Source: Octopus sinensis
Taxonomy: Eukaryota
Length of the DNA: 64,000 nucleotides
NCBI RefSeq assembly: GCF_006345805.1
Contig: NC_043015.1
Coordinates: 33,356,001 to 33,420,000 of the forward strand
Reading direction: 5' to 3'
Shown here in pieces: positions 54,170-64,000 of this stretch; positions within the stretch are counted from its first letter, which is position 1, and each line of letters starts with the position of its first letter. The notes beneath the pieces were generated by a model. It saw only the letters and a list, made by a program, of their open reading frames with translations. It was not told where the DNA came from and ran no database searches. The translations under genes were made by a program, and so were the position numbers.

Positions 54170-54800
54170 TGAAAGTAAAAACGAAAGATATCATACATAT
54201 TCTAAACCGCCATTCCTTACCTTGAATTCGGATAGTTAACATAAATAGTAAAAGAAAAAAGAAGCCTAAGCTTAAGATAAAGAAAATATATATTCATTTT
54301 CGCCAAAATGACGGAAGAACGAAAAAAAATTGAATTGGTTAATTTTTCTTTCACCAACGAAGTAAGGGAAATAAATCATGTTTAGAGTTACTTCCCTTGA
54401 ATTTTAGTCCGCGAATGTAATTTCCTCGCCGAACTATCTTCACAGCTGATTATGTTTATAATAATCGAATGTTTGTGCTGAATATTAGTTTACTCTATCA
54501 AATTCATATTGCCTGTACAGGTGCACGGTGTGATGCACGTTAAATGTCGATGTGATCCCAGTGCAATGAACACAACGCATTGCCCTGTCCGGGAATCAAA
54601 CCTGCGATCGTGAGGGGAACACCTTGACCACAATCGCCAGTTTCTGTTAAAATACATTTCTAACATAATTTCCTCTAATACTTCGCAAAGTAATTCACTA
54701 GTAACGACTTCAAATCGTGTCAATACCTAACAAATTACATCCAGATTACGCTGTTTACCTGTAGCTTCATTTTTGGTTTTCCTAATCAATTTTACTTCAC
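54170..54800. promoter_or_regulatory. CpG-retaining patch; candidate internal promoter
   Basis: CG-rich compared with flanks; cgccatt and cggaag motifs; strong minus-strand donor at 54220. Confidence 0.4.
54221..54242 (-). CDS. Candidate alternative first exon (MLTIRIQ|, phase 1)
   Basis: Strong donor AAG|gtaagg. The ATG at 54242 gives phase 1, compatible with the exon at 51537. CpG-rich surroundings. Confidence 0.35.
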
Positions 54801-55286
54801 GTCATCAAATATAATTATATCTAATTTAGTTACAAGATCAGCAACCCTAAAGGAAGGGGTTACTTGCTCACACTGACCCCCAGTATTTGACTGGTACTCA
54901 TTTTAGTGACGTCCAAAAGATGAAAGGAAATACGAAGTTGATTTTTGTGGGATTTACTGCAAGGGATTTTGTCCAACACTCCAATACCTTCCCCCAATTA
55001 AGTGCTGAGTAAATAAGACAAAATACTACATACAGCAGATAAGTATTTGGAGTTCCAGATAAGTGACCGGAGGTTTGTAGCTGAAGGACATCTCACTGAC
55101 CGTGCAAAATACTAATCTCTCAAAGGCCCAGCTCACCTTAATTAAGTAGGTGGCACGATGTAGGGCAGGTGGCACAATGTAGGGCAGCAGGTGGCACTTG
55201 TATAGTTGTAGTTTAGTCCTTACTGTTATAGATCAAGCCTTCCAATCATAGCCCAGATATAATCACAGCTGTATAGTGTACAGTAT

Positions 55287-55595
55287 AGGCAGTGGAGGCT
55301 TAGTGGTTAGGGTATTCGGCTCATGATTGGAAGGTTGTGAGTTTGATTACCAGCAGTGCATTGTGTCCGTGAGCAAGTCACTTTACTCCACGTTGCTCCA
55401 CTCACCTGGAAATAATGAGTAGTACCTCTATTTCAAAGGGCCAGCCTTATCAAATTCATGCTGAACCTCCCTGAGAACTATGTTAAAGGTACATGTGTCT
55501 GTGGAGTGCTCAGCCACCTGCACACTAATTCCATGAGCAGGTTGTTCTGTTGATTGGATCAACTGCAAACCTCATCATCATAGTTAAGCGCCAGT
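55287..55595 (+). mobile_element. tRNA-derived SINE (third family)
   Basis: A-box ggcttagtgg, B-box-like gagtttgattacc and gtgtccgtgagcaagtcacttt. An inverted copy is at 63425-63740. Confidence 0.7.
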
Positions 55596-55874
55596 TTCTT
55601 CTTTTTACATGGCATGAATGATGCACAGGCATATTTCATGCATTCCAATTTCAGAAGTGCATATTCAGGAGAAAGGTTTTTAGTGCATTAAAACTTATGG
55701 GTGGTTCAATTTCTCATATAGGGCCTGGAGTGGTTTTTTAAGTCATTTTTGGATGGAAAAAGTATGTCTCATAAGCCATCAAATACAGTATTTACTAGTT
55801 ATGTTACATTAGTGTAGGCACTATAAAACTGCAGGATGTTTCATGGTTTACAGTACTCCTGTCAGCATTCTTGT

Positions 55875-56702
55875 CATTTCGATTACATCAATCCCAGTAC
55901 TTCACTGGTACTTCATTCTATTGACCCCAAAAGGACAAAAAGCAAAGATGACTTTAGCAAGATTTGAGCTTAAACCGTAAAAAGCCAGACTAAATGCCAC
56001 TAAGCATTTTGTCAGACTGGCTAAGGATTCTGCTAGTTTGCCACCTTAATAATAAGAATCCTTTCTACTATAGGCACAAAGCCTGCAATTTTGTGGGGAG
56101 TGGGACAGTTGATTACATCAACCCCAAAGCTTAACTAGTACTTATTTTATCAACCCTGAAAAGATGAAAGGTAAAGTTGACCCTGACAAAATCTGAGCAT
56201 AGAAGTGAGAGAAATGCTGATAAGCATTTTGTTTGACTTGCCAATGATTGTGCCAGATTTGCACCTTAATAATGATTTCATATTGTGGCACAAAGCCAGC
56301 AAGTCTGAGGGAAGGAGGTAAGTTGATTACATCAACCCTGAAAGGATGAAAGACAAAGCCAACCTCAGCAGAATTTGAGCTCAGAATGTAAAGATGGACA
56401 AAATCCTAGTAAGCATTTGGACCAGCATGCTAACAATTCTGTCAGCTCATGCCTTAATAATAATAATATAATAATAATAATAACGATCCTTTCTACTGTA
56501 GGCACACGGCCTGGATTTTGTGGGGAGGGGGACAGTTGATCACATCAACCCCAGTACTCAACTGGTACTTAATTTATCAACCCGAAAAGGATGAAAGGCA
56601 AAGTTGACCTCAGCAGAATTTGAACTCAGAATGTGAAGATGGACAAAATACTGCTAAACATTTTGCCCGGCATGCTAACGATTCTGCCAGCTTCCTGCCT
56701 TA
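55875..56702 (-). mobile_element. Head-to-tail array of 4 copies of the same SINE
   Basis: Four ~200-bp units with AAT spacers. Confidence 0.85.
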
Positions 56703-56864
56703 ATAACAATAATATTAACAACAACAACAAATAACTAACTATACAAAAAACTGTCACAGATCAAAAACTGACCGACAAATACAATCAGTATGACCACCAC
56801 TACTGTCACAAACCATCTGAACAACAGAAAAGCAAAGTGTTAAGGAGAAGAGCAAAATTCTTAC

Positions 56865-57009
56865 TTTGGCTTGGCGAAGGAGCATCAAGAGGTACAGAAT
56901 CGTGTATGTACGAGGATTTGGCAACCACTAACTTCACAACATCTGACGTCGCTTTGAGAGCTGCAACTGCTTCTTCATGTGTCACGTTGTCCAAATCCTC
57001 ATAGTTCAC
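56865..57009 (-). CDS. dlg1: Discs large exon, C-terminal part of PDZ2 plus linker (VNYEDLDNVTHEEAVAALKATSDVVKLVVAKSSYIHDSVPLDAPSPSQ)
   Basis: Contains the VTHEEAVAALK motif of DLG PDZ2. Acceptor tttttaaag|GTG and donor CAAA|gtaaga; 145 nt, phase 0 to phase 1, in frame with the previous exon. Confidence 0.95.
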
Positions 57010-57990
57010 CTTTAAAAAACAGAAAGACCAAGAACCTCAAATAAGTCCAAAAGTTAACAAGGAGTTTAATTAAAACTGAATTTCTGACATTACAACATGC
57101 AATTTAGCAGAAATAAAAAAAATCCATGTCTACTGCACACCTCTTTTAATAACATGATGTATTGCATGTGGTCAGCAGGGGACAATACACAAGATCAAAA
57201 CTAAATACTTTCAGACAATGAAACATGGAACAACAACAGAATTGGAAGATGTTTGTTGATGTAGATACTGTTTCAGGTCTGACCAACCCAATATATTTTT
57301 TTGCTGCCTTGTATGAACAAGATAATGCTACATGTGGAATCCATAACCATTTTGAAGACAGGAGGATTTTTTTTTAAAGAGAACTAAGGCTCCACACACA
57401 TACACACCTACTTTTTCTAATGGACCATCAAAAATGAAAAAAACAAAAAAAGACGTGTGTGTGTGTGTGCATGCAGTCAGGCATAAATGAAGTGTTTATT
57501 TTTTTATTTGAAAATAAGAGACTTTCAGGAAGCCATATGGATCTTATTACTGCTCAAGGTGTGCTGATCTATTAAAAATTGATGACTGCAGGAGATAACA
57601 TCACTTAGCTGCCATTGACAGATGTGAGCCAGTCATTCATTAACAGACACCTATGAACTTTACTATTGACATTTAATTACTGACAAGTCAACGTCACTGT
57701 CCAAGACCAGACTGTCATTTATTTACTGTCAATATGTCAATAAGTGACAGCCGTCAGTTATTAGCTGAAAGGTGACAACTTTTACTAACTCAGCTGAACA
57801 GCGATGAACCTGTTGGTTGTTGACAAATACTGTCAACTCAACAGCTGTACGTGATACGTTGACCACTGTCAGCAGCCCTATACGCCAACAAACGGGCATA
57901 AAACATACTGGATTCATTACTGAATTCTATCACCAACATACAGGAACCAAACGAGAACAGTTCAAAGATTAAAGGTGAACAAATACTAAC

Positions 57991-58127
57991 CGACAGCAAA
58001 CGGTCACCAACTTGCAGACGGCCATCTTGTTCAGCAGCCCCACCATCTATTATTTTGGTTACAAATATACCGTGGTCATTTGGAATGTGTTCATTGCCCA
58101 CACCTCCAGCAATGCTAAAGCCCAAAC
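57991..58127 (-). CDS. dlg1: Discs large MAGUK exon, N-terminal part of PDZ2 ([46 protein letters not shown])
   Basis: The translation matches the DLG/PSD-95 PDZ2 signature. Acceptor cttcttttcag|GT and donor TCG|gttagt; 137 nt, phase 1 to phase 0. Confidence 0.95.
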
Positions 58128-58311
58128 CTGAAAAGAAGAGAGAGACAGGTGTCAGATTTTAGATGTTCCTAAAGAATTTGGAGAAAAACAGAGGTAATTA
58201 ATTATTCTTATACATCTGTAATGCATTTAGAAGTGTATAACGGGAAGAATTTAATAGAAAAGAGTAGAGTCAACACTGGAAGATGTGTAATATTATATTA
58301 TATTATATTAC

Positions 58312-58346
<35 letters not shown>

Positions 58347-58369
58347 CAGCAGTTCAGCACCACCATATT

Positions 58370-58680
58370 ATATATACTGGATAGTCAGAATAGACAATAT
58401 ATACAACTGTTGGTCAATATAAATAAAATATATATACTAGTTAGTCAATATGAATATAATAAATACACTACCTGGTCAACATCAACATAATATATATACC
58501 ACTTGGTCAATACCAGCATAACATTTACCAGCTGGTCAATAGCAACATAATGTATTCAATAGCTGGTCCACAACAGCATAAAACACTATTTGGTCAATAC
58601 TGATATATGCACCAAATGGTCAACACCAACTGGTCACTACCTACATAATATATCCACCAATTAATCAACACCAACATAAT
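58370..58680. repeat. Degenerate ~30-nt minisatellite with TGGTCAAYA core
   Basis: About ten recurrences of (t)ggtcaa/tagtcaa at roughly 28-33 nt spacing. Confidence 0.75.
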
Positions 58681-58699
58681 GATCTATCAAGCTGAGCAA

Positions 58700-59042
58700 A
58701 ATTGCAGTCATGGTAGATACCAGTATCACGCAAATTGGCACCTGTGCCAGTGGCACGTAGACAGATCCCAGTGTCATGCAACTGGCAGTCAAACCGTTCA
58801 ACTCAAGCCAGTATGGACAACGGACATTAGGTGATGATGGTGATGTGCCAGTACCACCTCACTGGCCCTTGTGCCGGTGGCACGTAAAAGCACCCACTAC
58901 ACTCTCGGAGTGGTTGGCGTTAGGAAGGGCATCCAGCTGTAGAAACACTGCCAGATCAGATTGGAGTCTGGTTCACCAGACCTCAATCAAATCGTCCAAC
59001 CCATGCAAGCATGGAAAGCAGACGTTAAATGATGATGATGAT
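58700..59042 (+). mobile_element. RTE 3'-UTR-related element with (GAT)n tail
   Basis: ggtggcacgtaaaagcaccc...gttaggaagggcatccagctgtagaaac...gacgttaaatgatgat, as in 13460-13640. Similar copies at 16938-17075 (+) and 2490-2745 (-). Confidence 0.75.
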
Positions 59043-59139
59043 ACATATATATATATATCGTTTGTTAAAAACATAAATCCAAAAGAAGTAGCACACCCTA
59101 AGATGAAGAGCAGTATATATTCAAAATGGGGAAGGCCAG

Positions 59140-59219
59140 CTTATGGGGATTACCTTAGGTTTCCATAAACCATCCATAAATGGTTTAGCTTTATGGCTAA
59201 TCGTCAGATCCCAAAAACC
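59140..59219 (-). ncRNA. Type I hammerhead ribozyme motif (left arm, sense to the dlg1 pre-mRNA)
   Basis: The minus strand reads GGGAT-CTGACGA-(CCATAAA/TTTATGG stem II)-GAAA-CCTAAG-GTA-ATCCC. Stem III ACCT-A-AGGT is near-palindromic. Confidence 0.7.
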
Positions 59220-59232
59220 TCTTGGGCCAACA

Positions 59233-59307
59233 GGTTTTTGGGATCTGAGGATATGCAATAAAGCTAAACACTTTATGGGTGGGAAACTTAAGGTAATCCC
59301 ATAAACC
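59233..59307 (+). ncRNA. Type I hammerhead ribozyme motif (right arm of a fold-back element)
   Basis: Stem I GGTTTTTGGGAT/ATCCCATAAACC (11 of 12 bp), core CTGAGGA (59245-59251), stem II ATAAAG/CTTTAT, GAAA (59283-59286), short stem III AC-TTAAG-GT, cleavage triplet GTA (59293-59295). Confidence 0.75.
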
Positions 59308-60368
59308 AGCTTTCCCCATTTTATATATATATATACATGCACACACCAGTTGGTCAACACACACGCACACATACCACCACCATCACTAAACTATATAACA
59401 CACTCCAGTATATAAAGTTAAATTCATTTTACTAGATTCCGTCATAAAAGATTGGTTACATTGAAATTTTATTGAAACAATTTATCATGTTAATTATTAG
59501 TAATACGAAAATGTCAAACATATTTACAGATTACCGAGATAAATTACTCAGAGATGCCATCAGTATGAAAATCCAGAGTTAAGTTGGAGGTGAACATATT
59601 TAATGCTGAGCATCAATTATCTAATTATAAATACTGATTACAGATAGAAGAAATGAATTTTAATTCAATATCTAATATTTAGCAGTTTAGCAAATATGGG
59701 AGACAACTCTAGTTATGCTTCAATCTTCTTAAACCTCCTCTGCTCCACTGTTCTTACTGAAATTACCAAGTAGGTAATCATAACTTGTGTAGGAGTGAAT
59801 AACTACTCAGAGATGCATCTGCTTCATAAATTAGCAGTCAAGCAGGAGTGAACATAGTTAATGTAAACAATCATAATATTTAATTAAAAAAGACTAATGA
59901 GATAGCAAGAAGAGAATATTAACAAATTACATCAATAATTCTAACTAGATACCTGATAGTCTACCTTATCAAAATTTACCATTAATTAAATAAACATATT
60001 TAAGTGCTGCAGTAGAATAATATTGGGGGTGAGATAACTGCAAGTATATTTGATAAGTAACATTAATATTGAGAGTCCTACCAATTATGGAAGTAATTAT
60101 AAGATTACATCAGTTCTTAGAACAGAAATAATGTTAGAATTAATAAACTGATTCCCACATACAGAACTGCTTGGTTAATATGCAATATCATTGCAAATGA
60201 TAATAATAGCATTTTGCTAAGAGCAGAGGCTTTATGCACTGGAACTATAGAAAGTAAAGAAAATTACAAAGAGAGGCTTTTGGCTGAGAAACTGAACATG
60301 AAGGGGGAGGGTATGGAATCACATGTTCAATTCTAAAGACAAAGTAACAGGAGAATATTCATGGAATT

Positions 60369-60627
60369 CTGTTGTGTCTGGGGAGAGTCATTTTCTTTTT
60401 GTGCCTTATTATTTAACACACTCACCGGTAAAATTTCCACTTATTTCTTATTTTTATTTTCCTAAAATTTTCGTTGCATCTTTCAACCTTTTTCAATAGT
60501 CTTAACTCTCAAGACTATTGAAAAGGTTGCAAGATGCAGCGAAAATAAGAAATAAGTGGAAATTTTACCAGTGAGTGTGTTACATTATATGGCACAAAAA
60601 GAAAATGACTCTCCCCAGACACAACAG
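60369..60627. mobile_element. Fold-back/MITE-like element with long inverted arms
   Basis: ctgttgtgtctggggagag...caatagtc pairs with gactattg...ctctccccagacacaacag. A single-arm copy is at 54047-54168. Confidence 0.85.
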
Positions 60628-60649
60628 AATATACTTCAACACACAAACT

Positions 60650-61215
60650 CATATAAAGAATCTTGCAAACCAAATCCAAAAACGAAATATTCATCGATTT
60701 GATTGACAAAAGATGATCTCAGGAGAGAGACAGAAAGTTTGTTGGTAGCTGCTTAGGATCAAGCACCAAACACAAATTCAATAAGGAATATGTCATACCC
60801 AGATGAAACAAGTAAGTGTAGGTTATGTAGGAAGAAGGTAGAAAGTCTAACACATATCATGGGAGCCTGAGACATGCTTGCGCAGAGAGGGTATAAAAGG
60901 CATCATGGTAGTGTTTGCACCCCAACTGGTCTTTATGCAAGAAATATGGGTTCCCAACCACTGAAAAATGGTATTAACACAAACTTGAGAAGGACCTAGA
61001 AAATCAAACTGTGAAATGCCAGTGGGACCAATTGTGATTGGAGCATGGAATCTGTTGCACCATTAAGGCACTGCAAAAGACCATGCTTTTGGGAACGGCA
61101 AATATTCTGTGGAAAGTACTGTCTACCTGAGGTAGACTTGATATGGTGTCGGTTAAATGATCCACTGTTAACCAGATGACCACTGTGTAAATGAAGGAAT
61201 AAGAATAATTATAAT
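60650..61215 (+). mobile_element. R4/Dong-like (RLE-type) LINE 3' fragment
   Basis: ETESLLVAA*DQA, zinc-knuckle-like CRLCRKKVESLTHIMGA, LAQRGYKRH and LQKTMLLGTANILWKVL; ends in an AAT-rich tail. Confidence 0.7.
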
Positions 61216-61219
61216 AATC

Positions 61220-62345
61220 ATCTTTTATACTATAGATACAAGGCCTGATATTTGGGGGGAAGAGTATAGTTGATTACATCAACCCCAGTACTCAACTTGT
61301 ATGTATTTTATAGACCCCGAAAAGATGAAAAGTAAAAAAACCCCTTTGAACTCGGAATGTAAACACAGAAGAAATGCTGTTAAGCACATTGTTCAATGTA
61401 CGAAGAATTCTGCCAGCTCACCACTTTAAAACTACTACTACTACTACTACTACTACTAATAATAATAATAATAATAATAATAATTCTTTCTACAAAATGA
61501 TTTCAAATTTTGGCACAAAGCCAGCAATTTCAGGGGAGGTGATAAGTCAATTATATTGACCCAAGTACTTGGTTGATAAATATTTTATCAAACCTAAATA
61601 AGGCAAAGATGACCTCAGCAGAATTTGAACTGAGAACTGCCTTCATATTATTATTATTATTGTTGTTGTTGTTATTGTTGTTAATAATAATAATAATTCT
61701 AGTTGATTACATTGACTCCCCCACTCCAATGCTCAAATGGTACTTATTTTATTGACCCCAAAAGTATGAATGGCAAAGTTGGCCTCAGCAGAATTTGAAT
61801 TCAGAATGTAAAGATAGCTGAAAATGCTGCCAAGCATTCTGTCTGACATGTTAATGATGTAGCCTTAATAATAATAATAATAGTAGTAGTAGTAGTAGTA
61901 GTCCTTTCTACTAAAAGCACAGGGCCTAAAATTTGGGGGAGGGGACTAGTCAATTACATCGACCCCATTTTTTCACTGGTACTTAATTTATAAACTGCAA
62001 AAGGATAAAAGGCAAAGTCGACCTCAGTGGAATTTGAACTCAGAATGTAAGGTCGGACGAAATACTGTAAAGCATTCTGCCCAGTGTGCTAACACCTCTG
62101 CCAGTTTACCACTTCAATAATAATAACAATCCTTTATACTGGAAGCCCAAGGCTTCATATTTGGGGGAAGGGATTAAGTCGATTACATCAACCCCAGTGT
62201 GTAACTGGTACTTATTTAATTGACCCTGAAAGGATGAAAGGTGAAGTTGACCTCAGCAGCATTTGAACTCAGAACATAAGGTCGGACGAAATACTGCAAA
62301 GCATTTCGCCCAGCATGCTAACAATTCTGCCAGCTCACCGCCTTA
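61220..62345 (-). mobile_element. Head-to-tail array of about 5-6 tRNA-derived Nin/Deu-domain SINE copies separated by (AAT)n
   Basis: Repeated unit with gattacatc.accccag...ctggtactta...gaccc..aaaggatgaaaggcaaagtcgacctc...atttgaactcagaa...ctgccagctc. Its reverse complement has a B-box (gagttcaaat) and the gcctttcatcc domain. Confidence 0.85.
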
Positions 62346-63079
62346 ATAATAATAATAATAATAGCATTAATAATAATAATATTAGTAATGGTTTCTTTTT
62401 GTTTTCTTTTTAATAGCCTATAGATATAAAACTGACATAAATTTATTGCATATAAATGTGTGTGTATGTAGTTAGGATATTCGTAAGCGTGTGAACAGCT
62501 GAAAGTTGGGCGGTGGGATGATGTGTGTATGTAAAACGAGAGAATGTTTGCATGTGCGTAAATGAGTGAGCTTCCAGACATGAGTATGTAGAAGTGTGTT
62601 TGTCCGTGTGTGTATGTCTGTACATACACAGATACACAGACACACACATGCAGACGTCTGACTTTGTTATTCTGTTGTAATGTGAAATCTATTACTCCTT
62701 CAATAATATCACATCCTTAAAGTGAAAGCTATTATGCTCCACTAAATCTCTATGATACCTCGTTGCCTCCTTAATACTGGAATGGTTTATCAAAGAACTA
62801 GACAGAATATAGGTAAATCACGATTAATGTATTCTTACCAATACTGCTTCTTCTAAGCAGACAACAAAGAAAAAATGGCTTTTGGTTTTATTTTTTTCTC
62901 TCTCTCCCTCTCTGTATATATGTATATATATATATATATTCATTCATTCATTTATATTTTATTATAGAGAACATATAAGAGAACAGATCAGACATCCTAT
63001 GATATGTAAATAACCATTGAGGTAATTTCGATAATCAAATATAACTAAAGTGGATATTCATCATGTCTAAAATCCCTGT

Positions 63080-63134
<55 letters not shown>

Positions 63135-63424
63135 AAAAATGGATGTATAGATAGACAGATGAGTAGATTGAAAGAGAGATAGATGAATGGGTAGATAGAT
63201 AACCAAGATAAATTGAATGACAGATAGATAGGAAGATGGAGAGGGAGATGGATGGATGGAGGGAAAGACAGAGAGATGGATGGCTAGATAGATAGATAGA
63301 TGGTGAGACAGATGAATATATAGAGAGATAGGCAAGAAAGATAGAAAGACATAAGAAGATAGACAGAGAAAGATGGAGAGGTAGAGAGCTGAAGAGATGG
63401 ATTATATACTGTAAAAACTGGTAC

Positions 63425-63740
63425 ACTTGGTTGTGATGGGGGATCCAGTTGATCCGATGAACAGAACAGCCTGCTTATGGAATTAATGGGAAAGTAGCTG
63501 AACACTTCACAGACAGGTGAACCCTTAATGTAGTTCTGAAGGAGATTCAGCATGACAGGGGATGTGACAATGCTGGCCCCTTTTGAATTATAAGTACAAC
63601 TAACTTTTGCCAGCTGAGTGGACAGGAGCAATTTGAAATAAAGCGTCTTGCTCAAGGACACAGTGTGCTGTTGGGAATTGAACTCATGATGTAATGATCA
63701 CGAGTTGAATACCTTAACTACTAAGCTACGTGCCTTCACA
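63425..63740 (-). mobile_element. tRNA-derived SINE (third family), opposite orientation
   Basis: Reverse-complement similarity to 55287-55595. Confidence 0.7.
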
Positions 63741-63799
63741 GTTAGATTGTACATACACATGTAAGTATATTTGTGTGTGTGTGTGTGTGTGTGTGTGTA

Positions 63800-63847
<48 letters not shown>

Positions 63848-64000
63848 TATACCATTAACCTTTTTGATACCAACCTAGCTGAAACAAACCCTGCCTCTAT
63901 GAAACAAAATCCCAATTTTAAAATGATCTTAATTAAAACCTTCCACCAAAATTTCATGCTAATTTTTGTTCCCACCACCAGCTAAATAGTGACACAGATA

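Larger units (their letters stand above)
59123..59322. repeat. ~200-bp fold-back (inverted repeat) element in TA-rich flanks
   Basis: The arms aaaatggggaa...gatcccaaaaacct and aggtttttgggatc...ttccccatttt are reverse complements around an ~11-nt spacer. Confidence 0.9.

Noticed and set aside
55287-55360. tRNA gene-like A/B boxes
   Set aside because: No cloverleaf, and it continues into a SINE body present elsewhere in the window.
58370-58680. CRISPR-like repeat/spacer appearance
   Set aside because: Eukaryotic intron; the repeats are short and degenerate, the spacers are related to each other, and there are no cas genes.
60470-60550. Hammerhead-like TTGAAAA-stem-GAAA at the centre of the 60.4-kb fold-back, and CTGTTAA...ATGCC/GGCAT-GAAA at ~11922
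   Set aside because: The core deviates at conserved positions and no stem I is present; at most a relic.

Overview
AT-rich, microsatellite- and SINE-dense animal genomic DNA. The repeat families (Nin/Deu- and CORE-type tRNA-SINEs, RTE, Penelope, R4-like LINEs) look like those of Octopus or another coleoid; this is an inference. The window lies inside a minus-strand discs-large (DLG1/PSD-95 family MAGUK) gene. Two exons encode most of PDZ2 (58127-57991, 57009-56865) and one encodes the PDZ2-PDZ3 linker (51537-51411). I found no PDZ3/SH3/GK exon, so the following intron appears to exceed 51 kb. Most ORF-track entries are microsatellite or TE artefacts. Two themes stand out. (1) Short fold-back elements built around hammerhead-ribozyme cores, best at 59123-59322, where each arm carries a complete type I hammerhead core, one per strand; related cases are at ~9.9 kb, ~43.8 kb and ~16.0 kb. 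(2) CpG-retaining patches in the introns holding candidate alternative first exons (best: 7083-7019, MYKSVRNTKKKEPYYYDSRIPR|) that would give short Dlg isoforms lacking PDZ1-2. Repeat boundaries were read by eye and are approximate.
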